Source of the DNA: Phoronis australis
Lineage: Eukaryota; Animalia; Phoronida
Direction of reading: 5' to 3'
Length of the DNA stretch: 64,000 nt
Assembly (NCBI GenBank): GCA_002633005.1
Contig: NMRA01000974.1
Coordinates: 18,121-82,120, forward strand
The translations under genes and the position numbers were made by a program. The notes beneath the pieces are model-generated. The model made no database searches, had not been told where the DNA came from, and worked only from the letters and a program-made list of their open reading frames with translations. Below are positions 39,401-52,669 of the stretch, one piece after another. Within the stretch, counting starts at the first letter, position 1. Each line of letters opens with the position of its first letter.

Positions 39401-42400
39401 AAAACGTTGAAGAAATGCAAAGTCAGGTTAAAAGACGCTTTCACAAAGATTCACCAATATTTGTTTCGGTCACCTTTTGAATTTAAACCAGTTATCTTGT
39501 TCATAAAACATTAAACAAATTTTTGAGAAATCGTGTACATTAGACAAGCTACAAATTACTACCAGAAAAGATGAACGTCAGTCTAAACTCTAGTTTTTGT
39601 TACTTCGAGTTGAAAAGTATCAAGCTCAAATTTCATAGCATGCGCACACCCAGCCTAAAAATGTGGGAAGTGCTCGAATTTTTGAGAACGTGGACCTTTT
39701 GCTAAAAAAATAAAAAACGGGGTATGTTCAGAGCTACGAATTGTGCATTCGCCGAATTTTGGTAGTTCCTGTCATTTTAGTGAGCTTTTGTCTTGTTTTC
39801 TACTTTTTCCGACATTTTGAATCTCTGAGGCGGACATTTTTGCCCCCTTCGCCAGACAGAGGGTTGGACTTGTTCGAGCCCCTCAAGCCCCCCCAAGGGT
39901 GTGCGTATGACGTACTAAGGTTTTCATGTTGATCGATACATACTTGACTAGTATTTCACCAGATGGCGTAGTTACAGAGGGTATCACAATAAAATGTCTA
40001 TACTAAACCTGTTCGGACGTAGAGGCCACTTTCTCACAACGCGCCACCATTCCTGTGATGTCATTTCCGGGATATTTCCATAAGCACATTCTGAATTTTT
40101 TTCCGAATCCATCGTCGAGCTACAATCACAACAGATGCGAAACAATGACACTTGCGTGCATTACGCAGTGAATGAATTAGTTCAACAGGAACATGTTCAG
40201 ATTGATTTAGTTTTCAAATTACACTAAGCGCTACATCTCATTTCCCTAAAGGCAACTACTATGCTTCTCACCGGTTGCGATTATAATAGGAACTTACCAA
40301 ACAGAGCCCAGACTTATGTAGTCGGCCTCTTTTGCTTGGCTATTAGTGGGGAACGGAGATGAGTGTCAGCATTAACCGCTGCTTGTCCGTGGCAACATTC
40401 TTTTCCGCTAATTTTAGACACTGTGGATTATAAAAACTAAACCAGGCATTACAAAAACTGACTGAACTTTTTCATAGCTTGAACGACGAAAATCGTTAAC
40501 TACACCAAAAGAAAGTAACGCGCATTACAACTGCAGTTCATGTGTCTCAACCTCTAATGTGTAAGCTGCCTGAGCAACAGAATGGGACAACGTGACTTGT
40601 GTACAGCACCATTTATCAGAGTAAAGTGACCTTAGTACCCCCAAATATACATTGTTATTTGAATGGGAAGCGCTTCATGTAGAAATTCATGACTTCGACT
40701 TTACCCCCGCGTGGGACCACAGATAGACTCTTTACCTATCTTATGCATCCGGGCAGATGGGCATGAGCTGTCACGTGACCCCTCTTGCGGCATTTTCATT
40801 GCCCATTTCCTGAGATGATGCATTTTTACGTATCGTTTACACATCGTCATTGTTATGTATTGTACTTTGTCATAACCATATTGCCCATGTTTGCCTACTA
40901 TTAGTCTCCTTTCCGTCGCTGGGAACAAAAAGTGGGACTTACCTATTCACATAAGATACCGTAGTTATATCGAACACACAAGGTTAAATAGCTAATCTAT
41001 AGTAATTGCCAAAAACTTGAGGTATGACTCGTCCAGGTTTAGCCCATGCCTGGCTTAACACCCACACCCTGTTTCTTAGATTCTTAATTTAAGCGCCCTG
41101 GGCAGTAGGCCTACGGTATAACACGAATTTCTGTACTAGGCATTATTGGATTAGACAAGAGACCGTAGGCCAGTTCGGAACAAAATTTTCTCCATATGAA
41201 TGATTTTTATCAGTTCCTTAGTGATGGCACGGTGTTTCTGACCAATCAGCTATATTTATCCCAATGTTTCTGACTACAACTAACAGTGTCTTGTGAAGTT
41301 ACAGGTTGGTTCTCAGTCAACTTGATGCTCAACAAGAGCGTTGAAATGCGCCCACGAATGTATCGCAAATGGTGTGCTTTTAGGATTATTTATTTGTATC
41401 ATAAAATGGCCACTGGATTGCGCAAAAACGTACAATCCATCCAAAAATGGGAACATGCCATATTTCATAAAAATCTGTCAAGGAACTTCAGAGAAACAAA
41501 GGAAAACAGAACAAAATGAAATTGCCACTTGTGGGCACAGCGTCCTTTCCATCCGCCTGAAAGTCGTCGTCTATTATCTTCATACAAATTCACTTACTAA
41601 ATTTAATATAGATCCTGCAGTGGGTTTTGGAGATACAGCTACGAGCGCAAAACAAAACATAACTACCACTAGGAGGCGCCAAAGTAGTCAGTCACCATCA
41701 TCAAACGTCCTCTTCACACTGAAAACATGTACGCCAATTTTCAAAACCATCCCTAGAACGATTTGGTTCATCGAGGGGTGGACGCCAAACACAAGATTTG
41801 AAAACACCAAAAATGGCCACCAGGTGGTGCAAAATACCTCGTTTCCATCCAAAACAGGATGATAGCGTCCTCTCACCAATAGATGCCTATATTCAAAATT
41901 TTATGAAAATCTGTTGAGGACCTTTGAAGATACAGACTCTGGTAAACGTAAAAAACTAAAATTGCCACTAGGGGGCACACCAGAAGTCAGATCTGTCCGA
42001 AAGTCGTCGTCGTCCATTGTCAACATCATGTAAATACACTTGCTAAATTAAGTAAAGATCCTGCAAACGGTTTAATAGATATAGTCATGAGCGCAAAAAA
42101 AACACGAAACTGCCACTAGGAGGCGCTACAGTAGTCGAACTCGTCGAAAAATCGTCGTCAGCAGTCGACTTCATAGTAAAAGCATACAAGCAAATTTTCA
42201 CAATTATCCTGAAAGCCGTTTGGTTGATAGACGAGTGGACGCGAAAAACAGACTCGAAAACAATAAAAATGGCCACTAGGTGGCGCAAACTAGGTCGAAT
42301 CCATCTGAAAACGGAGAGATAGTGTCACCTCATTAACAGATGCCTATATGCCAAATTTTATGAAAATACGTTGAGGACCTTTGAACATACAGAGGTAAAC

Positions 42401-44716
42401 GTAAAAAAAAAATAAAATTGCCACTAAGAGGCACACCAGTAGTCAGATCCGTTTGAAAGTCGTCGTCCTCCGGTGTGAACATCATATAAATACACTTACT
42501 AAATTTAGTTAAGCATGATCCTGCGAACGGTTTAGGGGATACAGCCATAGGCGTTAAAAAACAAAACTGCCACTAGAAGGCGCCACAGTAGTCGAAGTCG
42601 TCGGAAAATCATCGTCAGCCGTCCACTTTATAGTAAGAACCTATATGCCAATTTTCACAATCATCCTTTGAGCAGTTTGGTTGATAGAGGGGTGGACGCA
42701 AAAAAACAGACTCGCAAACAGAAAAAAATGGCCACTAGGTGGCGCAAACCACATCAACTCCATCTGAAAACGGGAGCATAGCGTCATCTCACTAATAGGT
42801 GCCTATATACCAAATTTTATGAAAATCCGTTCAGGACTTTTGAAGAGACAGAGGTAAACGTAAAAAACTAAAATTGCCTCTAGGGGTACATCGGTAGTCG
42901 GATCCGTCCGAAAGTTCGCTCATGCCGTCCCATTTACAGAAGGAACACATGTGCAAAATTTCATGAACATACGTCAAGGCGTTTCATGGAAATAGAGCAG
43001 CGGACGCCGGACGCCGGACGGACGGACGCCGGACGGACGGATGGAGATAACGGCATAATGCGTCAACATATAAATATGTGGGTGCATAAAAACAACTGAC
43101 ATCAAACTCGTTCTCATCTTTGTACAGATGGAAAATGTGAGAGCAGGGATGTGCGATCGGAGGACACAATACACTCGCGAAGCAGTTGTGGCGAGAAATC
43201 TCCGGTCATGGCATTACGACTAATTCAACCATCCAATCTCACTGACCAATCACTACAGTGGCCGCCATTCAGTAAGGGTTGCTAGTGAGTTCTCGCGCAA
43301 ATATACACGTGAAAACTCGAGTGATCTTGCCTTTGCGACTTTTCCGCGTTTACAGCCGAATACATCCTGATTTTGTAGCGATAAGTTGTCTCATTTAGAA
43401 GTTATGACATCGTCAACTAAAAGTGTTTTGTGTCTATAATGAAAACAGACCGGTGACTGGAATATGGAATATTATGCCGCGAACTCGATCCAGTAATACC
43501 GTACACGCGTACAATAAGGCCCAAAGCGCGAAGCATAATTATGCATTTTACTGAAAGTTAATTTAAAACCAAAAAGGAGCGCATTGTTAAGATACGATGA
43601 TAAAGGTTGACGGCGTTGACGTGTTTTCAATGTAAAGATTAACAATTTAAAGGGCTACTAAGTAGGCCTACGTCTGTCCGTTTTCCTAAAGGAGACTGGC
43701 AGACTTGAAAACTTTCTTCACGAGGAGCCACAATTGGGCTCTCGTGCTTTTGCTCAGGTGTTTTCTGCAATGGGCCCAACCATGAGGCCTGCGCACGTCT
43801 GATGCACCGCAAATGACATCAGACCACCTGCACTGTTTTTTAAGTACGCCTACGGACAAAACTTGTGCACAAAGACTCACTTGCGCCTATAAGAGAACCT
43901 TTAATGTATGCGCCTCTGCCTGCGAACACTTTCGCAAACCCGATACAGCTCATTCGCAGGCGTAAGGACCTAAATATGGGGACAGATCATCTCTTGAATT
44001 CAGTTGCTTCATAAGAGTTTTTGATACACTATTGAAACAAGATTAAGTACATACCTTGTAAGCATGCTTTGCTATACCTTCGTCATTTTCCACGGCCTCG
44101 AGAAGTTTCATCGTTTCATTTAGGGTAAAAAGCTCCCTAAAGTAAATAAATTCGAGAAGCCGATGACAGCCGATATAGATCTTACCGTCCGTAAAATTGA
44201 AAATCCTTTCACCTGGTACTTCACCCCTCCCCCCTCCCCTCATGACCCAAATGAGCGACCCAGCCTGTTTCATATCACCTAGTGCTTCGTCAATAGACCG
44301 CTGACGTTATCAAGAGTCTTCTAATCACGAGCGCCTGACCTAAACTGGGCAACAAATTACGAAAAAACAATGACTTTAATTTACGGCAATAAAGCACTGG
44401 TTGAAGTGATTGCGGTATAAGTTTTACAAAATGATGTTACTTTATTCAACTTGTTGACCAATATTTCAATCGGGACGGAGGGGTTCATATATTCATCCTG
44501 GTAGATAACTGGCGTGCGAGTCGTGATTCATATCGATATCCGCACAGCTGTCACGGTCTTCTAGTACTGAGGGCATAAACGAGAACAACTGGTCCGCCAG
44601 GCAGTGCTTAGTTCAAACTAAGGTGCAAGAAGCCTACCTGACGAGAATAAAACCATTCTGTTTAAATGCAGCTTTTACGGCTGGAGTGACCTCGAATGAG
44701 TCGTTGTACACCAGTA
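33449..44716 (-). CDS. Phytanoyl-CoA dioxygenase (PhyH) family 2OG-Fe(II) dioxygenase, ectoine/proline-hydroxylase-like; first exon not located
   Basis: Phase-consistent AG/GT exons: 44716-44638 ([11 protein letters not shown]), 44136-44055 (ELFTLNE), 40119-40009 ([20 protein letters not shown]), 38782-38691 (LLGG...KLMMKD...WHQDYG), 38508-38418 (YWYDNG...TVFIALD...NGCLQ), 35463-35334 ([13 protein letters not shown]), 33947-33775 ([17 protein letters not shown]...RRWA) and 33565-33449 (last exon, less certain). The HxD...H triad and the 2OG-binding Arg are present. Confidence 0.92.
36424..38124. mobile_element. Kolobok-like non-autonomous DNA transposon in a dioxygenase intron
   Basis: Structure is TTAA|AGGAGCATGCCACCC ... 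GGGTGGCATTCTCCT|TTAA (15-bp TIR with 1 mismatch, TTAA TSD). Remnants: [18 protein letters not shown] on + at ~37640-37700, and MPLCCGA...[20 protein letters not shown] (THAP-like) on - at ~37960-37820. Confidence 0.85.
39639..39909 (+). mobile_element. MITE (CATGCGCGCACCCAG family)
   Basis: Ends are catgcgcacacccag ... gggtgtgcgtatg and the body is colinear with the 25025-25277 copy. Confidence 0.75.
41319..43092 (-). mobile_element. HINE/Helentron-like element copy B in a dioxygenase intron
   Basis: Terminal stem-loop gatgctc-aacaa-gagcgtt, subTIRs atgcgcccac / gtgggtgcat, a (GGAC/GGACGCC)n microsatellite at 43000-43040 and ~11 ccactagg subunits. Confidence 0.85.
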
Positions 44717-46487
44717 CTGTAAGAGTACCATATGACAATAAATCACGCATAATCAACCAGTGGCGGATTTGAAAGAGTAAAGGGCAATTAAACAGGGTTG
44801 CCGACCTTCATGTTTAATTAAAAACCCACTAAGAATTGGCAGGTGGTAGACCCTCAGCCGCAGTGGCCCTGGATCGCGACCACTGGCTTGAACAGTGAGT
44901 TAGTTTCCGAAAAATGTGGAGGGAGTTTGACCACTGCAAAGCTTTCCGGGAATCGATCGGCGTGAAGCCATCAGCTCGCTGATCCCCTACGTGCCTAGCC
45001 AGCATGCAGGTATCACGTAGTGACACGAGCTTTAGCATTGGTTGATGTAACCTCAGTAGTCATTGGTTAGCTTTACAACACAGTGAAAAATGGCGGTTTT
45101 GTTAGTGTTGTCATGCAACTGAGTGGCGTCGCAGCAACTATTTCGTTTCTGCAGTGATGTTTAATAGCCACGTGCTTGAAGCACGTACATGTACAAAAAC
45201 ACATCTGGCCGATTTAACGGCCTGTTATTCATTCTGTGTGAATACAGGACAGTATCGTAAACAAAAGTCATCGACAGTAGAAAGATGCACTCCCGCGAAA
45301 AGGCGCAACCACAATTTCTAGGATTCACCGATTTGTCTGCCCAGCAGACCACCGTGATTTTCATAAACTGCAGCCCATCAGTCATGGGAGTTTGTTTGCG
45401 TAAAGCGCTGCCTGTTGAGAATTCGACTAGCCAATCAGAAACCCCGGTGTAAAAACATTTCCCGAAGTGATACCTGCGTGCTGGCGCGGCTACCGCCCCA
45501 CCTAGCGGCTCGCAGAGAACCAGCGAGGAGCCATCAGTAGCCAGCCTTCGCGAAGGTGATGGCTAAGAATGTCGACGGTTTAGTTAATTAAAATCTGCGT
45601 GCTCGTTGAATGTCTTGTGGAGCCGTTGTTCAGTAATGCATTCAGTAAACAAGTAACACGACGCGCGTGATGGCCTGACCTGACGTAGGTTACGACACGT
45701 CAGTGACCCCGACCCAGTGACCAGCGCCGGCAGCTCAATGGCTTTGTAGCACCAACAATGCCCTTGGAAATCCGAATGGCTAATCACAGTTTAAAAATCC
45801 CTTGCAGTCGCCAATAACAATGACCACTTTATCAGAATTTGTGAGACGAACCTGACTCGTCCTTGGCCTCCATCTGTACAAAGAATTCTTTCGACTGGAA
45901 TCGAATGATAACTATATCATGTCCATGATTACTAGTGAGGTCAATACCTGCCAAGGTGGCAAGTTCGAAGTTCAGGTTCAGATTATTCTGAAATGCTGGA
46001 GACTCCTCTCGGGGTATATGAGAATTACTGTACAGTGGCGTGGAACTCTTGCACACTCAATTCCTCATGTCTGTGATTACTTGGCCATATTAGTTAGAAG
46101 CACAATGTATAACGACGGCGTGAATATATGAAGTTGGCTGAAAATTGCCAAGTGAATTTACGAACAAGTTTTGAGGCAAAAATGATCCGCCGCAAATCAC
46201 TGAACCGTGTACTTGCTGTATGGTGACGTACTTGCTGGGAAATCTCAACTTGGCATCTTGAAACTTTTTCAAGTACTCCCTCACCTAGATTGCTCAGGCT
46301 GGCACTCGGATTATATATTAAGTTACATTAAGCTCACAGCTAAAGGCCCCACGCAAAACAGGGGCTTCCAAATGTTTTGCTTGGAGCTTTTTTATGCGAG
46401 TAGTTTAGTTCAAGACCGTCGTCGAGAACAACACTGTCGTTCCAATGCCCAGTAGTAAGTAACATTCCACGAAATTCCTGCACTACC

Positions 46488-46654
46488 CAGGGGCGGATCC
46501 AGGATTTTTAGTTAGGAGAGGCCAGAGCACAGCATTAGCCAGAATTTTACCCGTCAGACATTCGCAGCCCCGTACAGCCAAATGCGGGAAACTGGGAGAA
46601 TTTTAGGGAGGGGGGGGGCATGGTCCTCTTGGAAACCCTCTAAATCCGCCACTG
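46488..46654. mobile_element. Short hAT-like MITE
   Basis: Ends are caggggcggatccagg ... taaatccgccactg. Related ends lie at 44758 (cagtggcggattt) and 47161 (aatccggcactg). Confidence 0.6.
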
Positions 46655-49600
46655 CTTCTAATTTGTTCATATTTTTGCGCAAACATAATTGGACGAATGT
46701 TACAAGTGATACTCACAGGTCAGACGGTTATAACAAATCACGTTGCTAGTGATCTCAGTAAAATGTATATCTTCACAATTTAAGGATTTTGCTTTGTACC
46801 TGGAAAGTCTTCGTAGACTACATGACAGCCTATTGTTTTTATTTCAAGATCACCAGGATTCGTTTTGACAATCTCATCGGATACGATGAAACAAACGTAG
46901 CGAATTTCAATATGGCACGACTATTTTGACAATCAGGTATTGTATGCATTTGGATAAATGGTCACCAGATTAAAGTAAGAGCTTCATTTCCAGTAGGAAC
47001 ATATTGATTGTTTAGACTTTCAATTTGTTTAGTTTATTCCGTTTAGTATTTAAGTTACAAGAACTGAACTACTTAGGTCTACGTACGTTACCTCAGATTT
47101 GACGATGGGCCTCCGAACTTCTGACAGTTAGGACCCCCTGCGTACCCTTAATCCGGCACTGATGGCTGCCATATCACATTCCAATCAGCAAACGCAGGTA
47201 GTACACGTACTTCTCCTATTACCCAGACTACTATACTAAACTGAACATACAATGGATCCAACACAATTAAGATTCTAAATTGTCTCAGTTGGAACAATCA
47301 AGACATCCTTCGTAAATTAAACACAGCCATAGATATTTTTTAAGTTATGTAAGACATTCTTCGCATGTCCATGGGTAATACTTTTATAGTGTTTTAACAC
47401 TTTTAAAAACAACATGAACAGGTGCTCATACAAACGACAAGACACCAGATCTGGACTGCGACAAAGTATTAACTTCCTTCAATCAGGCCTTCAGGGGATC
47501 CACTGTATTTACTTGCATTGATAACATGAATTTTTGCCGAGCAAAGTAAAAAAGCACATCAATCGTCTCACTCAAGCATAACAATAAACAGGTACCAGTG
47601 TACACCACCGCCCCAGGTAGTGTCATTGCCCTTTTACTTCAGCTACCTAAAAATCATGAGATTAGCTTAGGCAGATCCTGGACAGCGATAAATTCAGAAA
47701 CAATTTTAAAGGCATTTCATTCATGTATTGCCGTGAAGACACCGAGAAATTTTCTCCTATTTTCTTTTGTTGGTCAGTAAAGGAAGACCAGAGCACAGTG
47801 CCTTTCCAAACACTTGAATACCCGTATGTTGACAAAGTTTACTCAGCATAACCAAAAGTGTTTGATAAACTTAACTTTTGGTTTAATACATACAACAAAT
47901 GACTTTGTGACGTTGTTAGAAATAGTCTCTAAATTTCTATTTGGTAACGAAACGCTGTGTTGTATGAACGTAACGTTATTGACACTATTTTTTGAGATCA
48001 ATCCCACCATGCAATTGGACAGGAAATTTTAGCGCCGCAGTCAAGTTCTTTGCTGGCTGCGCTAATTGCCACTCGTTATGACAGTTTTAAGCACATGTAC
48101 GGGTCAAGTCACAGGCTTTGATTTTAACAACTGTCTGACAGACAACAACGAGAATTGGAGATTTGTAATAAAAACACAAAAGGCCGTTTTCCATATAGTT
48201 AACTTCGCTCCTACCGATGCTTCGAAGTTAAGTCATTCCACGAGAGCACTCACTAAAAGATCGACTGCAGGGTCACCGACTCAGATCTTGAAAAAATAGT
48301 GTGTTCATACATCCTTAATTTTTGATAAAATATTTACATCCAAATGATACTCTTCCAACAAGACATTATTTTGTAAAATAAACTGACGATAAAACTTGGT
48401 TTGGATACTTGTCTGATGCTTTTTTGATACGTACTTTATTCTCGAAACTCGGGTTTTGCACAAACAGTTGTCGAGATAGGACTCTAATTGAGCAATGCCT
48501 CCGTGAGTATTTCTTCAGCTCTGGTAAGTGCATCAACCTTCTGCGTATTTCCACCTGCTGCGCAGCTCAAAAACTCTCACATTTTCTATTTTTAGGCGTC
48601 TAAATGCGAAGTGCTATCGACGCTGCTTTACAGTGGAACGACAAAAGTGGTGGGGAGATACAAAGTCATATATTATGACTAATGAAAATACTACTGATAG
48701 AAAATATGCACAACAAAAATAAAGCACATGAAACTGTAAAGGTGGATAGCAATCTGCCTCACATGTAGATTTTTTATCCACCCACCAGAGGGAGCACAAG
48801 GCAAGAACAAATACAGGGAATATTTAAATGTAACTTATGTGTAAAATGAGCTGAATCATAAACGTAAGTACAAAAATATATCGAAACACATGCAGTAAAT
48901 GAAATAACATTAACATACATTATGAAAGCCAAAAAATACGCGACAGATATGTTCCATGAGGATTTTAAAACAGGCCAAAACATTGTTTTTACTCTCCAGG
49001 ACGACAAAATATCCCAAAACCAGAATTTTCATTTATGCAAGAATTAAAAACAGATCAAAACATTATTTTCACTCTGCAAGAACAAAATACATCGCGTCAG
49101 TACGGAAAAGCAAAGTGGAAAAAAATTCCAGGGCACATTTAAAATAAAATTTCAAAATAGTAAAAGACATTATTTTTACTCTAAAGGATCAAATATAATT
49201 ACCTGAAAACTAAAATCTTCACTTATGCAAGCCTGAGAACAAACAGAAGTCCAAAACATTATTTTTGCTCATAACATATGTCGGAGGAATTTGTACTCAA
49301 AAAGGGATGTGTAGTATTTCTAAGTGGTGAATTCCTTCTATAGGAAATGAATCTAGGACATGTTTTTAGCTCATGTTTCCAGCTGTCGCCCGTTCCGGCT
49401 TGCCCTTATCACCAATTTTTTGGACCCGGCTATCTGAAAGAAGTTAGAACTCCGAAAACCGAAAAATGTGAGTTGCCTGTACAAAGTGACGTAAAAAAGA
49501 TATGGACGGTATAGTACTCGAAGTGTTGTGTTGCTGTCCATCCCCATTCCGCCTTAACGTTACGACTTCCTGAGAAGTAGTTTGGCGTCCTACAGGGTCC

Positions 49601-49732
49601 TCGTGTTTTCCATTGTTCTGGATCTTGAATCTAAGCAATGAGCTATGGCATAGCTCATTAACCTGAGCCAACCGCTATACTATAGGCAGTTCAAGTCTTG
49701 GGTTTTGTGTTACGTTAATCAACCTTCAAAAT

Positions 49733-51942
49733 TCAATTGAAAGTGCCAGAGTGAGTTGTGTCCATGACCTCAATTCTCATTCGCTGTCATTGTCGTGGGG
49801 TCACATATACTTCGTTATCGCCCCGTTAGCCTTTTACGTGACTAGTTGATGGACTACTCTCCAATTAAGGGTCTCGCAACGTACAAGTTGACTGTGCTAA
49901 TCGTCTTCGGTGGTATTTTCTTGCCATTACCTCACCATGTAAGTTTAGAATGTCATCGGTTTACTTGTATACTTATTTGTTGGTGTGCAGCGCATGATTG
50001 TCATCGCATTTAGGGAAGAAGTCACTATTTTTATTTAATTACATTTCATTTATGGCAATTTCACCATCGCAGAGCAGTTTTTTCGTTGTGCCTCTCCTCA
50101 ACTGCGTGGCAGACTGAAATGACTTGTGACTTGCGCAAATTGTATTGTAGGAAACCATGGAAAACGTACAAGGATATATGTCTACTGTTATCACATCATA
50201 GGTAGTGTTTGAATTCTTTCGAAACTGAAAAATCGATGAAATGCACATTTCTCTTGATTTGAAAATCAAAATCAGCTTTGTTCAGTAATGTCGACATGCA
50301 GCCAAGTACAGAGAGTATATGTTGTTTTTGTGTTCGTTTGCCTTATAACTTGGCGAGTTCTATTGGTTTGCATTAGAATGATCCATAACCAATACACTAA
50401 AGGTTTAGGTGACTGACCGCTACAGTTCTTTTTCCAGGTGTAAAAACATGCTGGAGTTCAATAGAAATATAGCTGCAGTATTGTATTCAACCAATAACTG
50501 AATTCAAAAGACTCCTATTCAACCAACTAACTTTTGCCGATCTGTTTCGGACTGGCGGTGTGTTCGATTCTATGCTTGGTTTAGTTGGTGTGCTTTTCTC
50601 GTGAAACAGGGTTATTTTAGAAAAACGTATCTGTGGCTTCATATCTATGGATCAATGTTGAAGGCCTAAATGTCATCATTTTGTCTACCGTTCATGCATT
50701 CGCAAGTTTTTCTTGATTTTTTACATGCTTTAGCTCTGCTTTTGCTTGTGTTTAATCCTCTAGTCCAGTAGTGGACCTGTTTCCTTCATTTTCTTTGTTA
50801 TAAAAACCTAACAGCTGCCTTTTTTGTTTCTACTGCCAATGAAATCAGGAGGAAATACGTCATTAAAAAGGATTTGTGGATATTTTGAATATGCCATAAC
50901 CTTCCAAAGAAGGTAAGTTTCTCATTATTACCAGGATACGACGGAGAGAAGTCCAACAAACCCATTGATATTTACAATTTCAAGAATAGAATATTTACGC
51001 AAAAGTTTCAATATAGTACCCTGGCCTTGGGCATTCCGTTTCCTTTCATGAGGCCCTTTCATACGGTGTGAGCGGACCGTCGACGAAAAACTGCGAAGTT
51101 AACTTATCCGTTCAAATACCGGCTTCGGTACTTAACGGACATCGAAGTAATATCGCAAGATAGCACTGATGCATCGCGTGCACGCTAAGATTTTTTTTTA
51201 ATGTGGCCATTTGGAAGCATGACATTAAACCTCGACTGGTGATTATTCGAGAAAAATATAAGCAACTATTATATTAGCGATGAAACAGCCTTGTAGAATG
51301 AGATGGTCACTTAAACGACACACTGCAGCCCTTTAGTAGTTGAAGATGACAGAAGCCCCTGGCGATAACTTCGATTGTACCGAAGTTCACCGTTCATAGT
51401 ACTGCACCGCAGCGTCGACGCTCCTCTGATAAATCCACCTGTTTCCTGCATGAGTTAACTGCCGCTGTTAACTTCTATCCAGAACCGAAGTAACCGTTCA
51501 TATTGACTGCAACTGCCCAAAACATCGACGCGCCGACGTTAGTAGAAAGGGCCTTTACTCAACTGAATAACGAGCATTTAACTGGTTCTCAAAATGTATG
51601 CACGTAATAATTGAATAGTCAGACATAACCTGTGCACGACGCCCGTTATTCAGTGAAGTGTCTTTGTATTGTAAATTTCATGTTGATGGATGTGCACATT
51701 TAGGGCGAATAAAAGTTATCCGTAATTACATACGAACATCTCCTATTGAGAGATAATTTGTGACTGTGTGCGATTTTCAAATGCATAATCTAGGCTACAG
51801 TTACTGTGTCCCGAATGGTTTCAGTTTCCATTCTTTCCAAAAACCATCATGAAAATAAACGCTTGAAATACTATGCCTGAAATCTTTATTCTCAATGCAG
51901 GGTATCCGTTGTGTACAGAAACATTCTCTTGCACTATGCAAA
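49733..51942 (+). repeat. 2.2-kb direct repeat, copy 1
   Basis: Colinear with 56250-58340 from tcaattgaaagtgcc to ttctcttg.ac.atgcaaag, with scattered substitutions and indels. Confidence 0.93.
51051..51554. mobile_element. MITE (aggccctttc...gaaagggcct) inside the duplicated block; counterpart at ~57502-57960
   Basis: 10-bp TIR and internal gtcgacg / cttcg subrepeats. Confidence 0.55.
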
Positions 51943-52669
51943 GTTGGTTACATTTAATTCAACCGATATTACAATGGCCATGTGCATTCAGAACGTCGAT
52001 GTTTTGGGGAGTTGCAGTAGCTTACCTACATTGAGTTCGTGGTTTTGGTAATTTGTTTTAATCGGATTTTTGTAATTCATACATAATTATTCCCGCGGCA
52101 GGACAACATGAGGCGTGTTTACTGACACAATTTTGATGTCAGTTGGCCGTAGGTGAGCAAACATAGGGATTTTTTTCTCCAAAGGCCGAGCCCTCCCCAC
52201 CAGAAATATTCGTGCTCATAAACATAGTGCAGTCCGCACACAGAGTTGCTCTAGAACAAGTTTTTCTGGAACGAGTTGTCGCTACGGTAACTTGTTCTAA
52301 GGTAACTTGCGCTTCTTATGATCGCTGCGTGGCTGCAAACCTTGCGCAAGGCGAAAGTAATTATCAGCTCTGCGCTTGCGCAGTTTTGATTACGGGTCCA
52401 TTTTTTCTCGCTGTATTAGTATCAGCTGATTATTTTCATGAGCAAGGCGATAACTTCCGCCTTGAGACAGTGGGCGCGCTCCACGTAAACAAAACCGAGC
52501 CGTTCAGTGCCCGGTATCTTGTATTTGAACAATGTTTCTCTACATCAACTGGGAAAACCGGTGTCGCCGCCCGCCTTTCATATCACGAGAGTTAGATAAT
52601 TGTAGTCATTAGTCATCAGCATGGTAGATAATTGGCGTTTGCGTTGGGGCATCGAGCAAAAGACTGAGC

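Noticed and set aside
41341-41862. 173-aa ORF (and similar ORFs at 6715, 8077, 3616)
   Set aside because: These are chance frames within non-coding HINE subunits; the frames are not conserved between copies.
47580-48600. Possible decayed minus-strand coding region
   Set aside because: Stop density is near random and no motif was recognisable.
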